Below, piece by piece: positions 28,276 through 37,174 of a DNA stretch of 64,000 bases. Position 1 is the stretch's first letter; every line of letters begins with the position of its first letter. The notes below the pieces were generated by a model. It did no database searches, was not told the DNA's origin, and saw nothing but the letters and a program-made list of their open reading frames with translations. The stretch comes from an uncultured Candidatus Rokubacteria bacterium (GTDB lineage: Bacteria; Methylomirabilota; Methylomirabilia; Rokubacteriales; CSP1-6): NCBI GenBank assembly GCA_963762145.1, contig CAVXJS010000011.1, forward strand, positions 128,001 through 192,000, given 5' to 3'. A program made the position numbers and the translations under genes.

Positions 28276-29180
28276 TCGGCCCCGTGCGCTGGCTTCTCGC
28301 CGTGCTGGTGCTGGCGTCGTGCGGGCTGCTGTCCGCGGCAGGGTCTGCCCTGACCGTCACCGATCAGATGGGCCGGCGCGTCGTCCTGCCGGCGCGGCCG
28401 GTGCGGATCGTCTCGCTCGTGCCCAGCGTGACCGAGACCGTCTTCACGATCGGAGCCCAGGACCGCCTCGTCGGCGTCACCGACTTTTGCGACTATCCGC
28501 CCGCGGCCCGCCAGAAGCCCAGCATCGGCGGCATGGTCTCGCCGAGCCTCGAGGGAATCGTGGCGCTCAAGCCCGATCTCGTGGTCGCCACCACCGCGGG
28601 TAATCGACAGGAGACGTTTGATCAGCTGGCGAGGCTCAAGATACCGGTCTACCTGGTCAATCCGGTGTCGGTGCATGACGTGCTGGACCTGATCGTCCGG
28701 CTGGGTCGCCTGACCGATCGTCCCGAGGCGGCGGATCGCGTGGCCGCCCTCCTGCGTGAGCGCATCCAGGCCGTCTCGGCCCGCGTGGCGGGGCGCCCAC
28801 GCCCGCGCGTGTTCTACGTGCTCTGGCCGGACCCGCTCATCGTGCCCGCGCGCGGCGCGCTCGTCTCCGAGCTGATCGCCCTGGCCGGCGGCGACTCCGT
28901 GACCGCCGACGGGGGGCAGGGGTATCCACGCTACAGCATGGAGGCGGCCCTGGCCCGGAATCCCGAGGTCATCCTGGTCGCGAGCCACGATGCGGCACAG
29001 AGCGCGCTGGTACGGGCCAAGTGGGAGCGTTTCACCCAGGTCCCGGCGGTCCGCGCGGGGCGGCTGCATACCGTGGACGGCAACCTGATGCACCGCTACG
29101 GCCCCCGCATGGTGGACGGTCTGGAGACGCTTGCGCGCCTGATCCATCCCGAAGCATTCGTCCGGGCGGTGGCGCGATGA
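28272..29180 (+). CDS. btuF: Cobalamin ABC transporter substrate-binding protein
   Basis: RIVSLVPSVTE, LVGVTDFCDYPP, RYGPR. Confidence 0.9.
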   Translation: MIGPVRWLLAVLVLASCGLLSAAGSALTVTDQMGRRVVLPARPVRIVSLVPSVTETVFTIGAQDRLVGVTDFCDYPPAARQKPSIGGMVSPSLEGIVALKPDLVVATTAGNRQETFDQLARLKIPVYLVNPVSVHDVLDLIVRLGRLTDRPEAADRVAALLRERIQAVSARVAGRPRPRVFYVLWPDPLIVPARGALVSELIALAGGDSVTADGGQGYPRYSMEAALARNPEVILVASHDAAQSALVRAKWERFTQVPAVRAGRLHTVDGNLMHRYGPRMVDGLETLARLIHPEAFVRAVAR

Positions 29181-30205
29181 CCCGGGCGCCCTCCGCCTCG
29201 GGTGCGCGGCTCGCGGTGCTGCTGGTCGGACTCGGCCTCGTGGTGGTGGTCGCCGCGATCGGCGCCCTCTTCCTCGGCAGCGCCCGGGTGCCTCCCGGCG
29301 ACGTGCTGGCGGTCCTCACCGGTCGCGTCCGGGGCGTGGACCAGGTCGTGGTGCTGAGCCTGCGGCTGCCGCGCATCCTGGCCGCCCTGCTCGCGGGCGG
29401 TGCGCTCGCGGTCGCGGGGGCGGGGTTCCAGGCCCTCACGCGCAATCCGCTGGCCGAGCCGTCGGTGCTCGGGGTCTCGAGCGGCGCCGCCTTCGGCGTG
29501 ATCGTCGCGCAGGTGTTCGGGCTCGGCGGCGGGCTCGTGGAGGCGGTCGGCATCGCGGCCTGCGCCTTCGCGGGCGCGCTGGTCGCGGGGGTGGCCGTCT
29601 ACGCGATCGCGTCGCGCGGCGGCGGCCTGCCGGTGCACACCCTCCTGCTGGCCGGGGTCATCGTCGGCATCTTCTTCTCCTCGGCCATCACGGTGCTGAT
29701 CTCGGTCCTGGACTTCGATCGCCTCGGCGGGGTGGTGCACTGGCTGCTCGGCAACCTGGGACCGATCGCGCCCGGAAGCCTCGCCGTCTTCGCGGCCCTG
29801 ACCCTGGTCGGGCTCTGGCTCGTCGTGGGCCAGGCCCGCCCGCTCAACCTCCTCGCGCTCGGAGAAGAAAGCGCCCAGCAGCTCGGCGTGGACGCCGAGC
29901 GGCTCAAGCGCCGCGTCTTCGCGGGCGCCGCCCTGCTCACCTCGGCGGTGGTGGCCTTCGTGGGCCCCATCGGCTTCGTCGGCCTGATCGTGCCGCAGGT
30001 CCTCCGGATGCTGTGCGGGCCGGACAACCGCGTGGTGATCCCGGCGGCGGTCCTGGGCGGCGGCGCCTTCCTGCTCCTGGCCGACACGCTCGCCCGCAAC
30101 GTGGTCGCGCCGGCCGAGCTCTCCGTCGGCGTCATCACCGCGTTCTGCGGCGCGCCGTTCTTCATCTATCTCCTCCGCGCCCGCGCGCCCGAGGTCGGGC
30201 GATGA
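29177..30205 (+). CDS. btuC: Cobalamin ABC transporter permease
   Basis: LRLPR, RNPLAEPSVLGVSSGA, GPIGFVGLIVP, GAPFF. Confidence 0.9.
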   Translation: MTRAPSASGARLAVLLVGLGLVVVVAAIGALFLGSARVPPGDVLAVLTGRVRGVDQVVVLSLRLPRILAALLAGGALAVAGAGFQALTRNPLAEPSVLGVSSGAAFGVIVAQVFGLGGGLVEAVGIAACAFAGALVAGVAVYAIASRGGGLPVHTLLLAGVIVGIFFSSAITVLISVLDFDRLGGVVHWLLGNLGPIAPGSLAVFAALTLVGLWLVVGQARPLNLLALGEESAQQLGVDAERLKRRVFAGAALLTSAVVAFVGPIGFVGLIVPQVLRMLCGPDNRVVIPAAVLGGGAFLLLADTLARNVVAPAELSVGVITAFCGAPFFIYLLRARAPEVGR

Positions 30206-31005
30206 GCGCCCCGCTCGTCGCGTGCGAGCGCGTGGAATTTGCCTACGCCTCCGCCGCGGCGGGGGCCTTCGCCATCCGCGATCTGTCGTTCGAGGTGCGG
30301 CCGGGCGAGACCTTCGGAGTCATCGGCCCGAACGCCTCGGGCAAGACGACGCTGGTGCGCCTGCTGTCCAAGGTGGTGACGCCCTCATCCGGCCGGATCC
30401 GCCTCGACGGCGCGGACGTGGCGGGGCTCTCCGGGGCCCAGGTGGCGCGGCAGGTCGCGGTGGTCCCCCAGGACGTGCTGCGCGGTTTCCCGCACAGCGT
30501 CGAGGAGCTGGTCCTCATGGGCCGCTACCCACGCGCCCCCCGCCGCTTCTTCGAGAGCCCGGAGGATCGCGCCGCCGCCCGGCGGGCCATGGAAGCTGCG
30601 GGCGTGCTCGAGCTCCGGGCGACCCTGCTCGACCGCCTGAGCGGGGGCGAGCGCCAGCGTGTGATGCTGGCGCGGGCCCTGGCCCAGGAGCCGCGCCTGC
30701 TCGTGCTCGACGAGCCCACCGCGCATCTCGACCTCCGCTACCAGGCCGAGTGTGCGGGGCTGCTGCGGCGGCTCGGGCGCGAGACCGGGCTCACCATCGT
30801 CCTCGTCTCCCACGACCTGGGGTTCGCGGCCGAGCTCTGCGACCGCCTCCTGCTCATGGCCGGCGGCGTGGCGGTGCGCGTGGGGCCGCCCGAGGACGTC
30901 ATCGACGAAGCCGTGCTGCAGGCCGCGTACGGCTGCCGCGTCCTGGTGGACAAGCACCCGATCAGTCGCCGTCCGACCGTGCACCTGGTCTACCCGACCA
31001 GCTGA
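30202..31005 (+). CDS. btuD: Cobalamin ABC transporter ATPase
   Basis: GPNASGKT, LSGGERQR, LDEPTAHLD. Confidence 0.9.
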   Translation: MSAPLVACERVEFAYASAAAGAFAIRDLSFEVRPGETFGVIGPNASGKTTLVRLLSKVVTPSSGRIRLDGADVAGLSGAQVARQVAVVPQDVLRGFPHSVEELVLMGRYPRAPRRFFESPEDRAAARRAMEAAGVLELRATLLDRLSGGERQRVMLARALAQEPRLLVLDEPTAHLDLRYQAECAGLLRRLGRETGLTIVLVSHDLGFAAELCDRLLLMAGGVAVRVGPPEDVIDEAVLQAAYGCRVLVDKHPISRRPTVHLVYPTS

Positions 31006-31055
31006 AACGAGAACAGGAGGTGACACGACCTAAACAGCAATAAATACAGCAAACA

Positions 31056-31236
31056 GATCGCAGATCAAGGGAAGCCGGTCCCGGCCGATGTCGAGGCCGA
31101 AGCCGGCACGGTCCCGCCACTGTAAGTGGGGAGTCTCGCCCGATTCCGTGATGGGAGCCACTGGGCCGCCCGAGAGGGCGCCTGGGAAGGCCGGGCCACG
31201 ACGCCGATCCACGAGTCAGGAGACCTGGCTGCGATC
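31056..31236 (+). ncRNA. Cobalamin riboswitch (variant)
   Basis: AAGGGAA..CCCGCCACTGTAA..AGCCACTG..GGGAAGG..GAGTCAGGAGACCTG; closing stem gatcgcag/ctgcgatc; upstream of btuB. Confidence 0.88.
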
Positions 31237-31274
31237 ACGGTTGCCAACCCCTTTCGAGGCAAAAGGAGTGGTCG

Positions 31275-33158
31275 ATGCGACAGCACTTGAGGTGGTTTCT
31301 GGGCCTGGTCCTGATCGCGCCGCAGGCGGCGCATGCGCAGGAGCCGAAGAGCGTGGATCCGGTGGTGGTGACGGCGACCGGGGTACCGACCCCGACCCAG
31401 CAGCTGGGGGCCTCGATCAGCGTGGTCAACGGGGACGATTTCCAGACCTATCACTACCCGACCGTGGACGAGGCGCTCCGCAACGTTCCGGGGGTCGAGA
31501 TCCGGCGATCGGGCTCCTACGGGAAGACCTCGAGCATCTCGATCCGGGGGGCCAACTCCAACCAGGTGCAGGTGCTGGTGGACGGTGTGCGGGTCAAGAG
31601 CTCCACGCTCGGGACGGCCGACCTGTCCGACCTCTCTCCCGACCTGATCGATCGGATCGAGATCATCCGGGGAGCGCAGTCGACCCTCTACGGCGCCGAC
31701 GCCATCGGCGGCGTGGTCAACATCATCACCCGGAAGGGAAGCGGGGGGCCCTTCCAGGCCACCATCCAGCAGGAAGGGGGCAACTACGATACCTATGCCT
31801 CGGGGGCGACGATCCGCGGCGCCTACAAGATCTTCAACTACGCGGCGTCGGGCTCCCATTTCGAGAGCAACGGCCAGTATCAGAACGACGGCACGAACGC
31901 CAACGCGTTCAACGTGCGCATCGGGCTGGACCAGCTGCCCTGGGACAGCTCGCTCTCCTTCATCTTCCGCTGGAACAAGAACGACATCGGTGTGCCCGTG
32001 AAGGGCGTGTTTCCCGGCCCCCAGCCGAACAAGCCCATCATCAACCCCAACGCCAAGCAGCAGTCGGAGACCACCATCTACAGCCTGGAGGGCAAGACGC
32101 GGCCGGTCGAGTGGTGGGAGAGCCGCGCCCGCATCTCGAGCTACCAGAACAACCAGGGCTTCCAGGATCCGGTGGATCCCGGTTTCGACTTCGACGTTCC
32201 CATCTTCTCGCAGGTGAACGTGGAGCGGCGGGAGGCGGAGTGGGTGAACTCGTTCCTCATCGGCAAGTGGAGCACCAGCAGCGTCGGGCTCGAGTATCGC
32301 AAGGAGGAGGGCGACAACGTGCACCTCTTCCGTGACTCCACCGAGACCGGGTCGGTCTTCTTCGAGCAGCAGCTTCGCTTCTTCGAGCGGCTGTTCGTGA
32401 CGGGCGGCTTCCGCGTGGAGGACAACGACGTGTGGGGGACCCAGACGACCGAGCGGGGCTCGGTGGCCTTCGTGATCCCGGAGACCGGGAGCCGCATTCG
32501 CGGAAGCGCCGGGACCGGCTTCCGGGCCCCCACCTTCAACGACCTGTTCTTCCCCCAGTTCGGGAACCCGGACCTGGAGCCGGAGACCAGCCTGTCCTGG
32601 GACGTCGGGATCGATCAGAAGCTCTGGAAGGGCCGGATCCGGCTCGGGCTCACCTACTTTCACAACAACTTCGACAACCTGATCACCTGCTGTATCCCGC
32701 TCCCCACCGCCCCTTTCGGGGGGCCCTTCAACGTGGGCCGGGCGCGCAGCGAGGGGGTGGAGGTCACCGCCGAGGTGGACGTGCTGTCGAACCTGGTGGT
32801 CTCGGCCAACTACACCTACACGAACAGCAAGAACCTCCAGACGGGGCGGCGGCTGCCGCGGGAGCCGGAGAACCGCTGGAACGTCGGCGTCACCTGGGAG
32901 CCGATCCCGAAGCTCTCCCTGTTCACCCAGGTTCACGTGGAGTCCGGGCAGTTCGAGCCGTTCGGCGAGGTGTACACCGGCGGGTACACGCGGGTGGACG
33001 TCGGCGGGACGTGGCGGATCCTGGAGCGCTTCGGATGGCTCCAGAAGCTCGAGTTCACGACGCGCATCCAGAACGCGCTCAACGCCAGCTACTCCGAGGT
33101 GCGCGGCTTCCCCGCGCTCGGCATCAACGCCCTCGTGGGGCTCCGGGCCTCGTTCTAG
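31275..33158 (+). CDS. btuB: TonB-dependent cobalamin receptor
   Basis: DPVVVTAT, IEIIRGAQSTLYGADAIGGVVNIIT, GFRAPTFNDL, terminal F. Confidence 0.92.
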   Translation: MRQHLRWFLGLVLIAPQAAHAQEPKSVDPVVVTATGVPTPTQQLGASISVVNGDDFQTYHYPTVDEALRNVPGVEIRRSGSYGKTSSISIRGANSNQVQVLVDGVRVKSSTLGTADLSDLSPDLIDRIEIIRGAQSTLYGADAIGGVVNIITRKGSGGPFQATIQQEGGNYDTYASGATIRGAYKIFNYAASGSHFESNGQYQNDGTNANAFNVRIGLDQLPWDSSLSFIFRWNKNDIGVPVKGVFPGPQPNKPIINPNAKQQSETTIYSLEGKTRPVEWWESRARISSYQNNQGFQDPVDPGFDFDVPIFSQVNVERREAEWVNSFLIGKWSTSSVGLEYRKEEGDNVHLFRDSTETGSVFFEQQLRFFERLFVTGGFRVEDNDVWGTQTTERGSVAFVIPETGSRIRGSAGTGFRAPTFNDLFFPQFGNPDLEPETSLSWDVGIDQKLWKGRIRLGLTYFHNNFDNLITCCIPLPTAPFGGPFNVGRARSEGVEVTAEVDVLSNLVVSANYTYTNSKNLQTGRRLPREPENRWNVGVTWEPIPKLSLFTQVHVESGQFEPFGEVYTGGYTRVDVGGTWRILERFGWLQKLEFTTRIQNALNASYSEVRGFPALGINALVGLRASF

Positions 33159-33165
33159 GGCACGC

Positions 33166-33819
33166 ATGATCGTCGGGGTCTCCGTCGAGGTCGGGAGCGA
33201 GGCGGTGGTGGTCCGAAGCGCGGCGCCGCTCCGCGTCCTGTCCTCGGCGGTGCACCTCGGCGGCTTCGCGCACGCCCGCGCGATCGTCAACCTGCACGTG
33301 AGCAAGAACGATCCCTGCGTGGACCCCGCGGGGATGATCGGGGATTTCGCCCGTCGCGCGGGCGTGCCGTCGCCGTGGGTCGGCCTGCTCACGGGCGCCC
33401 ACACCGAGCGCGCGACGCAGGCCGAGGAGTCCGCCGGCGGCTTCCACGCGCTGGCCGTGGTGACGGTGGGGCTCAGCAACCCGGTGGCCGCGGGCGCCTC
33501 GCCGGTCGCGACGTGGGCCGCGTCCACCATCAACACGATCGTGGTGGTGGGCGCGGATCCGGAGCCGGCCGCTCTCGTCAACGCGGTGATCACCGCGACG
33601 GAGGTCAAGGGGCTCGCCCTGCGCGAGGCCGGTTTGCTGGCCGACGGCGGCCGGGCCGCCAGCGGGACCTCCACCGACGCGGTGGTGATCGCCGCGACCG
33701 GCCGCGGACCCGCGGCGCGCTTCGGGGGCCCCGCGAGCGAGATGGGCTGGGTCGTGGCGCGCGCGGTGCGCGCGGCGCTCGATCGGGCCATCGCGGACTG
33801 GCAGGAGCGCCACCGGTGA
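33166..33819 (+). CDS. cbiZ: Adenosylcobinamide amidohydrolase
   Basis: LSSA..GG, GLLTG, TVGLSN, TIN, NAVITATE.K, SGTSTDA. Confidence 0.9.
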   Translation: MIVGVSVEVGSEAVVVRSAAPLRVLSSAVHLGGFAHARAIVNLHVSKNDPCVDPAGMIGDFARRAGVPSPWVGLLTGAHTERATQAEESAGGFHALAVVTVGLSNPVAAGASPVATWAASTINTIVVVGADPEPAALVNAVITATEVKGLALREAGLLADGGRAASGTSTDAVVIAATGRGPAARFGGPASEMGWVVARAVRAALDRAIADWQERHR

Positions 33820-34673
33820 TCGCGCGGCTCGGAGGTGTCGTGCTGTCGGTGCTGCTGCACGGCGGGCTCATCGCCCTGCTGCTGGCCTGGTCCGCCGTCG
33901 ACTGGACGCGCCCGCTCTTCGTGGACCTCGTGGAGAACGCCGACACGCCCGGCTCGCCCGCCGCGGGTTCCTCGCCAGCGCCGGCCCCGCCCTCCGCGCC
34001 GCGCGCCAAGGGGACCGCGCCCGTCCCGTTGCGCAGCGCCGCCCGGCCCGCACCGATGCAGTCCGCGGCACCCTCTGCGCCGACTCCCTCGCCGGCGCCG
34101 CAGCCGGCGGAGGTCGCGGCGCCGGCGGCCCCATCGCCTCCGACGACACCCAACCTGGCGATCGAGCCGCCGGCGGCCCCACCGGACGCGGCCGCCCCGG
34201 CGCAGATCGCGTCCGGGCCGATCGCTCCGCCCGACGGCCGTGGCGCAGCGTCCGACAACGGCTCGAGCGCCGCCGCCGGGAGCGGAACCCGGACGCAGGG
34301 GGATGCTGACCGCGGATCGAGTGCCGGGCCCGGCTCGTCGGTCGCTCTCGCGGTCCCGGGAGCCGGCGGCTCTGGCGCCCCGCCGGCCGAGTACGGCTCG
34401 TATCTCCGGCAGTTCCGTCAGCGTGTCCAGGAGAGCCTCGTCTATCCGCTCGCGGCACGCCGCCAGGGGCTCCGGGGCACGGTGGAGCTGCACGTCTGGC
34501 TCGAGGCCACGGGCCGCGTGCGTGACGTCCAGGTCGTGCGCTCCTCGACGCACGACGTGCTGGACGACGCGGCGCTCGAGACCGTCCGCCGGCTCGGCCC
34601 CGTCCCGTTCCCCGAGTCGCTCCCGCGCCGGCCCCTGCTGATCCGGATCCCGCTCGTCTACGACCTGCGATGA
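33816..34673 (+). CDS. tonB: Energy transducer TonB
   Basis: SVLLH TM motif, Pro-rich linker, YP..ARRQG..GTV, SS..VLDDAAL. Confidence 0.88.
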   Translation: MIARLGGVVLSVLLHGGLIALLLAWSAVDWTRPLFVDLVENADTPGSPAAGSSPAPAPPSAPRAKGTAPVPLRSAARPAPMQSAAPSAPTPSPAPQPAEVAAPAAPSPPTTPNLAIEPPAAPPDAAAPAQIASGPIAPPDGRGAASDNGSSAAAGSGTRTQGDADRGSSAGPGSSVALAVPGAGGSGAPPAEYGSYLRQFRQRVQESLVYPLAARRQGLRGTVELHVWLEATGRVRDVQVVRSSTHDVLDDAALETVRRLGPVPFPESLPRRPLLIRIPLVYDLR

Positions 34674-34680
34674 GCTGATC

Positions 34681-35616
34681 GTGACGCTGCTGGCTCTCGC
34701 GGTCGCGCTCGATCTCCTCGTCGGGGACCCGCCCAATCGCTGGCATCCGGTGGCGTGGATCGGCCGGCTCATCACGCTCGCCCGCGCGCGCGCGCCGCGC
34801 GCCCCGGACGACCTGGCGCTCTACGGCTCCTTCCTCATCTTGATCGTGGCCGGCCTGGCGGCGGGCGGCGCGCTGGTCGCGCAGGCCCTCCTGGGCGAGC
34901 TGCCCGGCACGGCCGCGCCGCTCGCCCAGGCGTGGCTGCTCAAGTGCAGCTTCTCGCTGAGCGGGCTCTTCGCCGCCGTCGAGATCGTGCGTGGGCATCT
35001 GGTCGCGGGGGACCTCGACGGCGCCCGGCGCCAGGTCGCCCGCCATCTCGTCAGCCGCGACACCGCCGCCCTCGACGAGGGCGCGGTCGCGTCCGCCGCG
35101 GTCGAGTCCCTCGCCGAGAACCTCACCGACAGCGTCGTCGCGCCCATCTGCTTCTACGTGGCGGGCGTGGCCCTGGGCGGTGTCGCGGGCGGCCTGGCGC
35201 TGGCGTGGGCCTATCGCGCGGTGAACACCGCCGACGCGATGATCGGCTACCGGCGCGACGAGCTGGAGTACCTCGGCCGCGCCACCGCGCGCACCGACGA
35301 CGTCGCCAACTACGTCCCGGCCCGGCTGGCCGCCGCCGCGCTCGTCGCGGGCGCGTGGCTCGCGCGGGCGTCGGCGGCGGGCGCGGCGCGCGTGCTGCGC
35401 CGCGACGGCCGCCGCACCGAGAGCCCGAATGGCGGCCTGACCATGGCCGCTATGGCCGGGGCGCTGGGCGTGACGCTCGAGAAGCGCGGGCTCTACCGCC
35501 TGGGCGATGGGCCGCCGCCCGATCCGGCCGCGATGGATCGCGCGATGGCAGTGGCGCGGTGGACGGGAGTGGTCTGCGTCGGGATCGCCGCGCTCGCCCT
35601 GGTCGCGCGCTCGTGA
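34681..35616 (+). CDS. cbiB: Adenosylcobinamide-phosphate synthase
   Basis: GDPP..HPVAWIG, VSRDT, ESLAEN..DSVVAP, YRAVNT.DAMIGY, SPN.G. Confidence 0.95.
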   Translation: MTLLALAVALDLLVGDPPNRWHPVAWIGRLITLARARAPRAPDDLALYGSFLILIVAGLAAGGALVAQALLGELPGTAAPLAQAWLLKCSFSLSGLFAAVEIVRGHLVAGDLDGARRQVARHLVSRDTAALDEGAVASAAVESLAENLTDSVVAPICFYVAGVALGGVAGGLALAWAYRAVNTADAMIGYRRDELEYLGRATARTDDVANYVPARLAAAALVAGAWLARASAAGAARVLRRDGRRTESPNGGLTMAAMAGALGVTLEKRGLYRLGDGPPPDPAAMDRAMAVARWTGVVCVGIAALALVARS

Positions 35617-37091
35617 GCCGCGGGCGCGCCCGGGCCATCATGCTGCAGGCCACCGGCTCGCACGCGGGCAAGACCGTGCTGGTCGCGGGCCTGTGCCGGC
35701 TCCTGGCCCGTCGCGGCCTCCGCGTGCGGCCGTTCAAGTCGCAGAACATGTCGCTCAACGCTCACGTCGCGGCGGACGGCGGGGAGATGGGCTGGGCGCA
35801 GGTGATGCAGGCCGAGGCCGCGGGCGTCCCGGCCCGCGTGGAGATGAACCCCATCCTGCTCAAGCCGCGCGCGGAGGCGCGCAGCCAGGTCGTGCTTCTC
35901 GGCCGGGTGCTCCGGGAGGCGGATGCGGTCGGCTACTACCGGCTGACGCCGCGGCTCTGGCCGGCGGTGCGGCGGAGCTACGAGACGCTGGCGCGCGAGG
36001 CCGACGTCGTCGTGATCGAGGGAGCGGGGAGTCCGGCCGAGCCCAACCTGATGCGGCGCGACCTGGCCAACATGCGCGTGGCGCGCCTGGCCCGCGCGCC
36101 GGTCCTGCTCGTCGGCGACATCGACCGCGGCGGCGTGTTCGCGAGCCTGCTCGGGACCATGGCGCTGCTGCCGCGCGCCGACCGGCTGCGGGTGCGCGGG
36201 TTCCTGATCAACAAGTTCCGGGGCGACGCCTCGCTGCTCCGGCCGGCGCTGCGTGATCTCGTCCACCGCACGCGCGTGCCCGTCGTCGGGGTGATGCCCT
36301 TTCTCCCGCGCCTCGGCCTGCCCGAGGAAGACTCGGTCGCGCTCGACGCCGCCCCGCCGCCCGCGCGCGGCGGACTGCGGGTGGCGGTGCTGCGCCTGCC
36401 TCACCTCGCCAACTTCACCGATTTCACTCCGCTCGAGACCGAGCCGGGCGTGGATCTGGTCTACGCCGAGGAGCCGGCCGCCCTCGCGGGCGCGGCGCTG
36501 CTGGTCCTGCCCGGCTCCAAGGACACCATCGCCGATCTGCGCGCGCTCAAGGCACGGGGACTGGCCGCCGCCGTCCTGGACCACCGCGCGCGGGGCGGTC
36601 TCGTGCTGGGCATCTGCGGCGGCTACCAGATGCTCGGCCACGGGGTCACCGATCCGCACGGGGTCGAGAGCGGAGGCGAGGAACCCGGGCTCGGGCTCCT
36701 GCCGGTGCGGACCATGCTCGGACGCGACAAGGTCACCCGCCGCGTGCGCGCGCGGTGGCGGCCCGACGGCCCGGGCTTCGAGGCCTACGAGATCCACGTC
36801 GGAGAGACCGTGGCCGAGGGGCGTGACCGGCCACTCCTCGAGGTGGACGGTCGGCCCGAGGGCTGCGCCTCCGACGACGGGCGCGTGTGGGGCACGCATC
36901 TGCACGGGCTCTTCGAGTCCGGCCCGGCCCGGCGCCACGTGCTGGACTGGGCGCAGCGCGCGCCCGCCCCCGCATCGGCGCCCGCGCCGGCCGATCACCG
37001 CGTGCGGCGCGAGGCGGCCTACGATCGCCTCGCGGACGCGCTCGACGCCGCGCTCGATCCACGCGTGCTGAGCGACCTCGGCGTCTCGTAA
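35613..37091 (+). CDS. cobQ: Cobyric acid synthase
   Basis: PFKSQNMSLN, MNPILLKP, EGAGSPAE.NL, DIDRGGVFA, GICGGYQMLG. Confidence 0.96.
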   Translation: MSRGRARAIMLQATGSHAGKTVLVAGLCRLLARRGLRVRPFKSQNMSLNAHVAADGGEMGWAQVMQAEAAGVPARVEMNPILLKPRAEARSQVVLLGRVLREADAVGYYRLTPRLWPAVRRSYETLAREADVVVIEGAGSPAEPNLMRRDLANMRVARLARAPVLLVGDIDRGGVFASLLGTMALLPRADRLRVRGFLINKFRGDASLLRPALRDLVHRTRVPVVGVMPFLPRLGLPEEDSVALDAAPPPARGGLRVAVLRLPHLANFTDFTPLETEPGVDLVYAEEPAALAGAALLVLPGSKDTIADLRALKARGLAAAVLDHRARGGLVLGICGGYQMLGHGVTDPHGVESGGEEPGLGLLPVRTMLGRDKVTRRVRARWRPDGPGFEAYEIHVGETVAEGRDRPLLEVDGRPEGCASDDGRVWGTHLHGLFESGPARRHVLDWAQRAPAPASAPAPADHRVRREAAYDRLADALDAALDPRVLSDLGVS

Positions 37092-37174
37092 GCGCCCGAA
37101 TATTCTTCCTTCGCCCGAAGGCCGGGGGGTATCATTCTCTATCGCCGCCGTGAGCAGCGCGGCATTCTCTGTCT

